Part shown: positions 1-8,685 of the stretch, in pieces
Position numbering within the stretch: position 1 is the first letter of the stretch
How the letters are laid out: the number at the start of each line of letters is the position of its first letter
Assembly: GCA_040755455.1 (NCBI GenBank)
Contig: JBFMAY010000018.1
Location: forward strand, 3,303-67,302
Origin: Thermodesulfobacteriota bacterium
GTDB taxonomy: Bacteria; Desulfobacterota; Desulfobulbia; Desulfobulbales; SURF-16
DNA length: 64,000 nucleotides
Direction: 5' to 3'
Notes under the pieces: model-generated
The model's database searches: none
What the model saw: only the letters and a program-made list of their open reading frames with translations
What the model was told of the DNA's origin: nothing
Position numbers and translations under genes: made by a program

Positions 1-428
1 ACGATGTTGCTGCTCCAGTCCTCTTCTTCCGGTTGCTTATTTTCAGGCAGGCCAGCGCCGCTCAGGGTCAGGGCGGAGTTGATCTCCTGGATCAGCTTCT
101 GGCTGTCAACCGGTTTCGTGAGAAAGGAAAAAACACCCTGTTTGGTTGCCTCAACGGCATCAGGAATGGATCCGTGCGCGGTAATGACAATGACCGGCAG
201 GGAGCTGTTCATGCGGTGGACAGCCTCAAAAAGGGCCATGCCATCCATTTCTCCCATGCGCAGATCGGTAATCAGCACGTGAGGATTGATAAGTGGAATG
301 CGGGAAAGAGCCTGCTCGCCGCTTTCAGCGGTCTCGACCTCAAACCCTTGACTCTGTAACCGTATGGTGAAAAGGCTGAGCAGATCTGTATCGTCGTCAA
401 CCAGCAGTATTTTAGGTTTAATTGTCAT
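1..428 (-). CDS. sigma-54-dependent (NtrC-family) response regulator, GlrR/QseF-like. Only the N-terminal receiver domain and linker lie inside the window.
   Basis: Absent from the ORF track because it runs off the window edge. Hand translation from the ATG at 428-426 gives MTIKPKILLVDDDTDLL...ITDLRMGEMDGMALFEAV...PVIVITAHGSIPDAVEATKQGVFSFLTKPVD. The receiver motifs are present (DD pair, phospho-Asp in ITDLRM, conserved Lys in LTKP). The start overlaps the end of the upstream lipoprotein gene by 11 nt. Confidence 0.85.
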   Translation of the reverse strand, partial: MTIKPKILLVDDDTDLLSLFTIRLQSQGFEVETAESGEQALSRIPLINPHVLITDLRMGEMDGMALFEAVHRMNSSLPVIVITAHGSIPDAVEATKQGVFSFLTKPVDSQKLIQEINSALTLSGAGLPENKQPEEEDWSSNI

Positions 429-948
429 CCTTGCGATTTTTTATAATTTCATCAATACTTTTCAGTTCTTCAAGCTTTTTCTTCAGTTCGTTAACCTGTT
501 TTTGTGCTCTGTTTACTTCCGCAATCCTTTTTTCCTGCAGGAGCTGAAAGTAATTAAGGAGAGCTGCAAGGCCTTTGATGTCAGGGGAGTTTACTGTATT
601 AATTTGTTGCATATCTTTCATCAGCTCCTGTGCGTATTCCAGAGAGTCAGGCTTGTCCAGGCGCGCAAGGCTCAGGCAGATTAACTTAGACCGCTTTTCT
701 TCAGTGCTTTCAGCAATGTACGCTTTCTTCTGTCTGAGAAATTCTTCATCAAGCTGCTCAGCAGTCAGGCCAAGGCTGAAATTCAGGCAGGTCAGTATCT
801 CCTCTGAGGGTGGATGCAGAGTCTTCACCTCAACCTTCTGGTTTTCCGGTACAATGATGTACGTTGGTTGCGGATTACAACTTGCAAGAAGCATGCACAG
901 ATTTAAAAAAAGCAGGAGAAAAATTGCCCTGCGAAGGTATTTTGTCAT
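418..948 (-). CDS. lipoprotein with a coiled-coil C-terminus, located between the kinase and the regulator (QseG/YfhG-like position)
   Basis: 176-aa ORF. Signal peptide with lipobox LLASC, then a charged coiled-coil tail (KQVNELKKKLEELKSIDEIIK). The ATG overlaps the kinase stop codon (ATGA at 945-948). Confidence 0.75.
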   Translation of the reverse strand: MTKYLRRAIFLLLFLNLCMLLASCNPQPTYIIVPENQKVEVKTLHPPSEEILTCLNFSLGLTAEQLDEEFLRQKKAYIAESTEEKRSKLICLSLARLDKPDSLEYAQELMKDMQQINTVNSPDIKGLAALLNYFQLLQEKRIAEVNRAQKQVNELKKKLEELKSIDEIIKNRKDDN

Positions 949-2378
949 ATTGCTTCCTCAATAGGGAGAGATAATCTGAAATGCGCGCCATTTCCTTCGT
1001 CTGGCAGGATATCGATCGTCCCATGGTGATTAGCCATATATTCCCTGGCAATTGCCAACCCAAGACCGGTGCCTTTCACTCTTCCTTTCTGGGCTGTCTG
1101 CCCCTGAAAAAAGGGGCGGAAGATTTTTGAGCGCTCTTCCTCCGGGACACCCGGACCGCGGTCGCAGATGTCAAGGATGGCCCTTTCCATATCGGTTTGC
1201 AAGGTAATGGCGATGTCGCTGCCGGTTGGCGAGTGTTTGATGGCATTGGAAAGAATGTTATCAATTACCGTACGGATCTGATCCATGTCGCCCTTAACCG
1301 ACGTTGGCATCAGATTCTGCTGCAAATGTAAATCGTTGGCGAGAAGTATCGGTTTATGGTCATCAACAACATCGCAAATAAGCTGGTCCAGGGCAAAATG
1401 TTTCTTTTTGGGGGGGCGATGACGGGCCTGGGCCATATTGAAATTGACTATATTCTCGATGAGTTTCTGCAAAAGTCTGCTGTTGTTGGTCAAAATTTTG
1501 ACGACTTCTTTTTGCTGGGCGGTCAGGGGTCCAACCACCTCTTCACTGAGAAGGCCTGTTCCCTCGCGAATTGAGGCGAGGGGGGTTTTCAGTTCATGGG
1601 AAATGTGGGCCACGAATTTGTTTTTTTCCTTTTCAAGTTCGGCCAGTCTTTCTCTGAGCCAATCGAGCTTTGTGCCCAGAAATTCCAGATCCTTGGGCCC
1701 TGAGACGAAAACCGGTGTGACAAAATCGCCCTCCCCGAGCCGGAGGATGCTTTTGTCGATCTGGCGTATCGGCCGGATAAGTAAATAGGCAAAGATGGAA
1801 ATGAGAAGGAGGCTGACAAAAAAGAGGATGGAGGTTAGCCAGAGCATCATTTTTTGGTAGCGGAAAGCCTCTTTCTGCAGGGTTTCAGTTTCCTGAAACA
1901 TCAGATTGTAACTGGCTTCCTGTATTTCCTGGGCCAGGATATTGAGTTCCCGGTAATTATCAAGGTTCTTTTTCCTGTCATGCTTTTGACTGGCATCGGT
2001 TATGAGATTGAAAAGGGTGTTTTCCAGTGTCTCTAATTTTCTGATTTTGCTCTTGACGGTGTCGGTAAAAGGAAACGCTCCGATGTTGGTGAGGATTTCC
2101 TGAATTTTTTCATGTTTTTCCCGGATGGTCTGCAGGTTTTCAGGTTCGGCAAAGATGTCGTAAATGCGGGCCTGACGTTCCTGTTCAACCAGCTGTTCAA
2201 GCAGCGAACGGCTGTCCCTAGCGGAATCGGCTGACCAGAATACGGCCTGGGTGCTGTGGACGGCCATTTTTTCCATGAAATATGCAGAACCTGCCAAGGC
2301 GGCCAGGAGAGGCAGGGCGACAAAAATAAAGCCAGCCAGCAGCAGAATGAGAAAGGATTTTGGTCGGTAAAGTTTCAT
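945..2378 (-). CDS. sensor histidine kinase (two TM segments, HAMP, HisKA, HATPase_c), GlrK/QseE-like architecture
   Basis: 477-aa ORF. N-terminal TM, periplasmic helical segment, second TM followed by a HAMP-like IRPIRQ region. H-box HISHELKTPL and G-boxes DRGPGV and GTGLGLAIA are present. Confidence 0.9.
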   Translation of the reverse strand: MKLYRPKSFLILLLAGFIFVALPLLAALAGSAYFMEKMAVHSTQAVFWSADSARDSRSLLEQLVEQERQARIYDIFAEPENLQTIREKHEKIQEILTNIGAFPFTDTVKSKIRKLETLENTLFNLITDASQKHDRKKNLDNYRELNILAQEIQEASYNLMFQETETLQKEAFRYQKMMLWLTSILFFVSLLLISIFAYLLIRPIRQIDKSILRLGEGDFVTPVFVSGPKDLEFLGTKLDWLRERLAELEKEKNKFVAHISHELKTPLASIREGTGLLSEEVVGPLTAQQKEVVKILTNNSRLLQKLIENIVNFNMAQARHRPPKKKHFALDQLICDVVDDHKPILLANDLHLQQNLMPTSVKGDMDQIRTVIDNILSNAIKHSPTGSDIAITLQTDMERAILDICDRGPGVPEEERSKIFRPFFQGQTAQKGRVKGTGLGLAIAREYMANHHGTIDILPDEGNGAHFRLSLPIEEAI

Positions 2379-2547
2379 GGAATGAAATTTTCAGAATTAT
2401 GCAAATATGAATCATTTCGGTGATTATTAAAATACAGTTTTAAAATGCTTTCTACAAGAAAAGGTATTGAAAAAAGTGGATTTCAAGTAGTAGAGTATTA
2501 GTTTTAAAATAATGTTTTCAAACTGTTAAATAAATTTGAGGGGAAAA

Positions 2548-4953
2548 ATGGTAAATCGTTCCTGTAAAATTGTTGCTATCCTTCTAATCTTTTTCGTTTT
2601 ATTCATGACGGCCGGTTGCGGAGGCCCGGAAAAAAAGAAGGCAAGGTTCCTGGAAAAGGGTAAAGCCCTCTACGAACAGGGTGATTATGTCAAGGCCAGG
2701 CTGGAGTTGAAAAATGCCATCCAGATCGACCTGAATTTTGCCGAGGCTTACTATTACCTGGGGCTGACGGATCTCAAGGAAGGCAATCTTAAAGGCGCTT
2801 ATGGTTCATTTTCCAAGGCTGTTGAGCTTGATCCCAACCTGATCCCTGCCCAGCTTGAACTGGGCAAGCTGTTGCTTGCGGCAAGAAATCCCGAACAGGC
2901 ACTGGAAAAAGCGGATTTGGTGCTGCAAAAGGAGCCGGAAAATACGGAGGCCCTGCAGTTAAAAAGCGCGATTCTTATTCGCCTTGAAAAGCCCGACGAG
3001 GCGGAAAAGATTTTGAAGGGATTGCTCGAAAAAGGCGTTACCGAGCCAAAAACCTATATTCTGCTCGCCTCGATTTATGACCACCGGGGCGAAAGGGATA
3101 AGGCCTTGGATTTGGTTAAAGAGGGGCTGAAGGTCAACCCGAAGGAGGTAAATTTCCATATTATTCTTGCCAGGGTGGCCGCCCAGCAGGGCAACATTGA
3201 TGAGGCTATTGCCGTCTATAAAAAAATCATTGAAATCGAGCCTGATAATGTGGATCACAAACTGACTCTTGCCGGTCTGCAATGGGATCAGGGGGATAAG
3301 GATGGGGCTGCCGGGATTCTGGACGTACTTCTCGGGAAAGTGCCGGTTGAGGAAGAGGTGCCGTTGAAAGTGGCCAAATTCTATGCCGCAAAACAGGAGA
3401 GAGAGCTGGCCGAGGAAACGTTGATTAAGGCGTTGAGCCAGCTACCGAAAAGCTTCCTGGTCCGTTTTCAGCTCAGTGAATTCTATCTAAATGACAACAA
3501 GATTGATGAGGCGGTTAAACTGCTGGAGCAGTGTCTTACCCTTGAAAGCGACCCTGCCGCTCCCGCCATCCTGCAGGCGAAAAATGTCCTGGCCAAGATT
3601 TATCTCAAGCGCGGGGAGATTGACAAGGCATCTTCCATGGCGGACGAGGTGCTAAAGGAAAATCCGAAGAGCATCGATGGCCATTTCACCAAGGGCAATA
3701 TATTTCTGCTTAAGGGGGATGGGGAGAGCGCTGTGGCTGAATTCCGGGTCATCGTCACCGAGCAGCCGCAAAATGTGCCTGCCTATCTGCGTCTGGCCGA
3801 AGCCCATTTTATGAACAAGCAGATTGAGCTGGCCGGGGAAGCATTGAAAAAGGGGCAGGAGGCCAACCCGGATTCCAGGGATATTTTACAGAGGCTTGTC
3901 CAGTTTTACATGCTGAAAGAGGACACCGGCGCAGCAGAAGAAACGATCAAGGCGTTTCTTGCCAAGCATGGTGACGACATACAGGTTCGGGCCGCCCTTG
4001 GTGATTTTTATGTCATTGGGCAGAAAATGGAAGCGGCCAGAGGGGAGTATGAAAAAATCATTACCATGGCTCCCGATAACCCCGTCGGTTATTTACGCCT
4101 CAGCAATCTGCTGTGGAAAAAAGGGCAAAAGAAGGAGGCTGGCGCACTTCTTGAGAAAGGTTACGGACTAAATAAAAATTCCCTGCCGCTGATTTCGGCT
4201 TTGGCGCAGGTTTATCTTGCCGAGCAACAATATGATAAGGCCATCTCCCTCTGCGAAAAGAGGATCGCGGAAAACCCGCAGGATGCCTTTACCTATAATC
4301 TGCTGGGCCGGGTCTATCTGACCCGCAAGGATTTCGGCCCTGCGGAAAAGGCCTTTGCCAGGGCCATTGAGCTGAACCCGGAATGGCTTACCCCCCATAA
4401 CAGCATGGCGGCCCTCTATGTTTTGAAAGGCAAGCCTGAGGAGGCCATTGCCAAATTCGAACAGGCGTTGACGGTTGATCCAAACAGAGCGGAAACCTAT
4501 CTTTCCCTTGCCATGCTCTATGAGCAGACCGGGAAATATGACCAGGCCATGGCCGTCTATGAGCGGGCATTGGCCAAAAATGACAAATTCTGGCCGGCGG
4601 CAAACAATCTGGCCTTCCTGCTCAGCGAATACGCCGCCAGTCCGGAAAATCTGGAAAGGGCCTTGAAGCTCGTTCAGCAGGCCCAGGAGGTACGGCCCAA
4701 TGAGCCTGAGCTGATGGACACCTTGGGCTGGGTGTACTATAAAATGGGCAATTCCCTTCGTGCGGCGGAGATAATAGGCCAGGCGCAGAGCGCGGACCCG
4801 ACAAACGCTGTTTTAAACTATCACCTGGGAGTAGTGCTTGCCGGAACAGACCGCAAGGAGGAGGCCCGGCAGCATCTGCAGGATGCGGTTAACAGCGGGC
4901 AGAATTTTATCGGTATCAACCAGGCACGGGAGTTGTTAAAGAGCTTGCGGTAA
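2548..4953 (+). CDS. TPR-repeat lipoprotein, PEP-CTERM-system PrsT-like
   Basis: Long ORF made almost entirely of TPR units (repeated A..Y..G....A...F..AL..P patterns). Lipobox LFMTAGC. ATG at 2548 is preceded by GAGGGG; the track start at 2536 is a TTG. The PrsT call rests on the TPR lipoprotein architecture plus its position next to PEP-CTERM-type EPS genes. Confidence 0.8.
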   Translation: MVNRSCKIVAILLIFFVLFMTAGCGGPEKKKARFLEKGKALYEQGDYVKARLELKNAIQIDLNFAEAYYYLGLTDLKEGNLKGAYGSFSKAVELDPNLIPAQLELGKLLLAARNPEQALEKADLVLQKEPENTEALQLKSAILIRLEKPDEAEKILKGLLEKGVTEPKTYILLASIYDHRGERDKALDLVKEGLKVNPKEVNFHIILARVAAQQGNIDEAIAVYKKIIEIEPDNVDHKLTLAGLQWDQGDKDGAAGILDVLLGKVPVEEEVPLKVAKFYAAKQERELAEETLIKALSQLPKSFLVRFQLSEFYLNDNKIDEAVKLLEQCLTLESDPAAPAILQAKNVLAKIYLKRGEIDKASSMADEVLKENPKSIDGHFTKGNIFLLKGDGESAVAEFRVIVTEQPQNVPAYLRLAEAHFMNKQIELAGEALKKGQEANPDSRDILQRLVQFYMLKEDTGAAEETIKAFLAKHGDDIQVRAALGDFYVIGQKMEAARGEYEKIITMAPDNPVGYLRLSNLLWKKGQKKEAGALLEKGYGLNKNSLPLISALAQVYLAEQQYDKAISLCEKRIAENPQDAFTYNLLGRVYLTRKDFGPAEKAFARAIELNPEWLTPHNSMAALYVLKGKPEEAIAKFEQALTVDPNRAETYLSLAMLYEQTGKYDQAMAVYERALAKNDKFWPAANNLAFLLSEYAASPENLERALKLVQQAQEVRPNEPELMDTLGWVYYKMGNSLRAAEIIGQAQSADPTNAVLNYHLGVVLAGTDRKEEARQHLQDAVNSGQNFIGINQARELLKSLR

Positions 4954-4965
4954 CAGACGCGGCCT

Positions 4966-5080
4966 GGCATAAGGCGCCGTTACGAAATAACTTGTCCTTT
5001 TATAACTATTTCGTTACGGCTCCTTATGCCGTTCTAGACATTCATATGGCCATGTTATTTATTTACAATGGCTTAGCGTT
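4966..5080. repeat. copy A of a ~110-nt intergenic repeat with a long imperfect hairpin (stem GGCATAAGGCGCCGTTACGAAATA / TATTTCGTTACGGCTCCTTATGCC)
   Basis: Direct comparison with 10800-10905. Shared blocks are GTTACGAAATAAC, a 16-nt variable loop, ATTTCGTTACGGCTCCT.ATGCC, TCT.GACA, ATGT.ATT.ATTTA and GG.TTAGC. Confidence 0.8.
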
Positions 5081-5175
5081 GCGCCAGAATTTCCTTGTCA
5101 CCGATAACCTCACTATGCTAAATCAGGTCTGTCTGTTCCGCGCCTGACCATTCTAAGTTTTTAATGAGGAGTGCG

Positions 5176-5754
5176 ATGAAAAAATTGCTCAGTTTGATGT
5201 GTGGTATCTGTCTGTTGATGTTTGCCGTTGCGCCATTGTGGGCTGCCGAGGAGACTCCCCTGCTGGCAGGAGAGCCATATCTGATAGGTGCCGGGGATGT
5301 GCTGGATATTTCCGTATGGAAGGATGAGGCCCAGACCAAAACCGTGGTCGTACTGCCTGACGGCACCATTTCCTTTCCGTTGATCGGTGAGGTCGTGGCG
5401 GAAGGAAAGACTGTTTCCCAGCTCAAGGATGAAATCAGGCAAAAGGTGTCCCATTTTGTCCCTGATCCGGTACTGACGGTAATCGTGCATCAGGTAAACA
5501 GCATGCTGATCTATGTTGTCGGCAGGGTCAATAATCCGGGCCGTTTTCTGCTCAGCACCAATGTGAATGTGCTGCAGGCGCTTACCATGGCCGGGGGGCT
5601 TAATCCCTTTGCCAAGCGCGATAAAATTACCGTTATGCGTGAGGAGGCGGGAGACACGAGGATTTACAAATTCAATTATGACGAGGTTGCCGCCGGCGAG
5701 AATCTGCAGCAGAATATCAGGCTCCGCCGCGGAGATGTGGTTGTGGTCCCATGA
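5176..5754 (+). CDS. polysaccharide export protein (Wza-like Poly_export plus SLBB domains), PEP-CTERM-locus type
   Basis: Signal peptide MKKLLSLMCGICLLMFAVAPLWA. Motifs YLIGAGDVLDISVW, LPDGTISFPLIG, GKTVSQL and GGL..FA are present. GAGGAG lies upstream of the ATG at 5176; the track start 5164 is also possible. Confidence 0.88.
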   Translation: MKKLLSLMCGICLLMFAVAPLWAAEETPLLAGEPYLIGAGDVLDISVWKDEAQTKTVVVLPDGTISFPLIGEVVAEGKTVSQLKDEIRQKVSHFVPDPVLTVIVHQVNSMLIYVVGRVNNPGRFLLSTNVNVLQALTMAGGLNPFAKRDKITVMREEAGDTRIYKFNYDEVAAGENLQQNIRLRRGDVVVVP

Positions 5755-6920
5755 GAAGTCTTCCTGCTCTCCCCCTGCTCTCCTTGCTGCTGCTGGCTGG
5801 CCAGGACGGCCTGGCTGACGATTTTAGCGTCATACCCAAGGCCTCGATTCGCGAAGAGTATAATGACAACATCTTTTTCAGTGAGGATACCGAGAAGGAT
5901 CCCGCGCAGGATGATTTTATTACTACCGCGTCGCTGGGACTGGAAATGCGGGAGCGCACGGAATTGCTGACGGCAAATCTGGCAACGCGGATTGACGGAC
6001 TGGCCTATGCAGATTACAACGAGTTAAACGACATAGAAGAGTATTATAAAGGGAGCCTCGCGTATCAGCTGACCCAGTTCTTGAAACTGTCTGCTGATGC
6101 CGGTTACTCCGTCGATTCCCGTGCGGATCGCGATCTAGATGTTACCGGCTTCACCAGCGATGTCGACGTCAGGAGGCGACAGGACTACGCCTGTGCCGCT
6201 GATTTTCAGGCCTCGGAAAAAACCTCTCTTTTCACCTCGTACTCTTATCAGGACGATCAGTTTGAAACAAATGACATGGACGAGTTCACCGGGCAGAATG
6301 TCCTGGCCGGCCTGACCCGCAGTCTAGACTTGACGAAACCAACCGCAGCCAGGCTCTATGGACGTTATAGCCATTATGATTTTTACAGCTCTCTGGTGGA
6401 TAATTACAGCGTGACCGTTGGCTTGAGCCGGCAGTTCAGTGAAAAATTAAGTTATGTTTTTGATATCGGCCCCAGGTATACTGAGGGCAGCGATAAGAGA
6501 ACGAGCGATACCGCATACGACAGCGGTTTGGGCGGACAGTTCACCCTGACCTATCAAGAGGAATTGACCACCGCGGAAATGAATATTTTCCATGAAGTGA
6601 GCGGATCAAGCGGCCGTGACGGCGCCACCGAGCGGACCGGCCTGGTCCTTGCCCTCAAACACCGCATCGGGGAGCGGTCTTCGGTGCGGTTGGGCATTGA
6701 CAGTTACCTGAATAAGGCTGACCGCGATGCGGCTTTTGTCAGCGATTTCAATGAGCTGTCCACGACGCTGACTCCCTCGTTGCATTATGAGTTCAACCCG
6801 CTGATTTTGTGTGAGGCGTCATACCGCTATACCGTTATTGAGGACCGGGAGGCTGATCACGAAAGACATCGCAATCTGGTGTTTGTCAAGTTGACCTATA
6901 AATATCCTGTCGTTGAGTAG
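5751..6920 (+). CDS. outer-membrane beta-barrel protein of the PEP-CTERM/EPS-associated type
   Basis: 389-aa ORF with a signal peptide. Alternating hydrophobic/polar beta-strand pattern rich in Y, D, S and T. Start overlaps the exporter stop (ATGA). Sits between the Wza-like and Wzz-like genes, as in described PEP-CTERM EPS loci. Confidence 0.7.
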   Translation: MRSLPALPLLSLLLLAGQDGLADDFSVIPKASIREEYNDNIFFSEDTEKDPAQDDFITTASLGLEMRERTELLTANLATRIDGLAYADYNELNDIEEYYKGSLAYQLTQFLKLSADAGYSVDSRADRDLDVTGFTSDVDVRRRQDYACAADFQASEKTSLFTSYSYQDDQFETNDMDEFTGQNVLAGLTRSLDLTKPTAARLYGRYSHYDFYSSLVDNYSVTVGLSRQFSEKLSYVFDIGPRYTEGSDKRTSDTAYDSGLGGQFTLTYQEELTTAEMNIFHEVSGSSGRDGATERTGLVLALKHRIGERSSVRLGIDSYLNKADRDAAFVSDFNELSTTLTPSLHYEFNPLILCEASYRYTVIEDREADHERHRNLVFVKLTYKYPVVE

Positions 6921-6997
6921 GGGATGGCTTGAGCGGCCTTATCCAGCCCAATGACGATGAAGATCTTTAGTTATGCATACAGTTGAAAGGAGAGCAG

Positions 6998-8560
6998 ATG
7001 GAAGAGCACGAAATGTCGCCGAATGATTATCTGGCGGTTCTGAAGCGTCGTAAATGGAGCATGGCTCTGCCGGCGCTCATTGTGATGCTGATTTCTGCGG
7101 CTGTTGCCTTGCTCCTGCCGCCGGTTTATAAATCTGTTTCGACAATTTTGATTGAAGAGCAGGAAATTCCCGCCAATTTCGTCATGTCCACGGTGACCAG
7201 TTACGCAGAGCAGCGCCTGCAGTCAATCCACCAGCGGATCATGAGCACCAGCCGTCTCCTGGAAATAATCACCCGTCTCGATCTCTACAAGGATTTGCGG
7301 GAAAAGGCGACAACGGAAGAAGTTATCGATAAGATGCGGGAGGATATCAGCCTTGATTACATAAGCGCGGAGGTTGTCGACCGGAAAACCGGTCGCCCAG
7401 CCACGGCCACCATCGCCTTTACCCTGTCCTATGAGGCCAAGGACAACCCGGCCACGGTGCAGAAGGTCGCCAATATCCTCGCCTCGCTGTTTCTCGAGGA
7501 AAACCTGCAGGTGCGCGAGCGGCAGGCCATGGAGGCAACGTCCTTTCTTGGGGATGAGCAGAAAAAGGTAAAGAAGAGTCTGGATGAGATTGAGCAGAAA
7601 ATTGCCGAATTCAAGCAGGAGCATATCAATGAGCTGCCGGAAGTGCTGCAGGTGAATCTGCAGAGCCGCCATAACGTCCAGACCGCCAAGGAAAAACTCA
7701 GCGAACAGCTCCGATCGTTAAAGGAAAGGGAAGGAGGTCTGCTGTCTGAACTTGCCAACCTTTCCCCCAAAATGGAGATGGAGGACGTCAGACGGCTTGA
7801 AAGCCTGAAGCTTGAATTGACCAGCCTGGAGACGCGTTTTACTGAGCAGTATCCTGATGTGATTAAAACCAGACAGGAAATTGAGAAGCTCACCGAGAAG
7901 ATATCTGCCGGAGAGAAAGGAAATCACGGGGCCATGCCTGATAATCCGGCCTACATCAATCTCTCCTCCCAACTCGCCAGTGTTCAGGCCGAGATAGATT
8001 CAGTGCGGCGGCAGTATGCTGATCTGCAGAAAAACGAGAACAATTTAAATAAATGGATTGAAGCAACTCCCCGGGTCGAGGAGACATATAATGCCCTTCT
8101 TTCCGAACGGCGGAACAGGCAGACGAAATTTGACGATCTGTCCCAGAAGCTGATGGAGGCCAATGTTGCCTATGGCCTGGAAAAGGATCAGAAAGGTGAA
8201 CGTTTTACCCTGATTGATCCGGCAAGGTTGCCGGAAAAGCCTGATAAACCGAACCGGCTGGCCATTCTGCTCATCGGCATTGTTCTCGGTGTCGGGGCGG
8301 GAGTTGCCGGGGCAGCCTTGATGGAATTCAGTGATCAATCGGTGCGCAAGTCGGAAACCCTGGTCAGGGAAACATCTTTTCCGGTACTGGCGGCCATTCC
8401 GCGGATCAGCTGCGCAGAAGACATGCAGCAGCATGAGTTCCGCAGGAGATGGGTGGTTCTGCTGCTGCTCGGTGTCCTGCTGGTTGCCGTCCTGGCATTT
8501 CATTTTCTCGTCATGGACCTGAATGTTTTCTGGGCCAAACTGATGCGCCGGATGATGTGA
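6998..8560 (+). CDS. polysaccharide chain-length determinant (Wzz/GumC family)
   Basis: N-terminal TM (ALPALIVMLISAAVALLL), long coiled-coil periplasmic region, C-terminal TM after PEKPDKPNR. AAGGAGAG precedes the ATG at 6998. Confidence 0.85.
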   Translation: MEEHEMSPNDYLAVLKRRKWSMALPALIVMLISAAVALLLPPVYKSVSTILIEEQEIPANFVMSTVTSYAEQRLQSIHQRIMSTSRLLEIITRLDLYKDLREKATTEEVIDKMREDISLDYISAEVVDRKTGRPATATIAFTLSYEAKDNPATVQKVANILASLFLEENLQVRERQAMEATSFLGDEQKKVKKSLDEIEQKIAEFKQEHINELPEVLQVNLQSRHNVQTAKEKLSEQLRSLKEREGGLLSELANLSPKMEMEDVRRLESLKLELTSLETRFTEQYPDVIKTRQEIEKLTEKISAGEKGNHGAMPDNPAYINLSSQLASVQAEIDSVRRQYADLQKNENNLNKWIEATPRVEETYNALLSERRNRQTKFDDLSQKLMEANVAYGLEKDQKGERFTLIDPARLPEKPDKPNRLAILLIGIVLGVGAGVAGAALMEFSDQSVRKSETLVRETSFPVLAAIPRISCAEDMQQHEFRRRWVVLLLLGVLLVAVLAFHFLVMDLNVFWAKLMRRMM

Positions 8561-8685
8561 AGTCGGCCGGAGTCAGCGAGCATGCCCATGCAAGAGACAG
8601 TATAGTCGTCTGAAGAGGCTATGACCTCGGATGTAACATTCTTCATTCCGGCCAGGTTGGATGGGCCGGCTTAAGAGATGGATAT

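Noticed and set aside
5068-5083. Sigma-54-like motif TGGCTTAGCGTTGC in repeat copy A, and the equivalent CGGTTTAGCAAGC in copy B
   Set aside because: GG and GC are separated by 9 nt in copy A and 8 nt in copy B, not the required 10 nt. Copy B also lacks the TGGC and TTGC cores. Similar off-by-one matches at 61083-61096 and 55714-55727 were rejected for the same reason.
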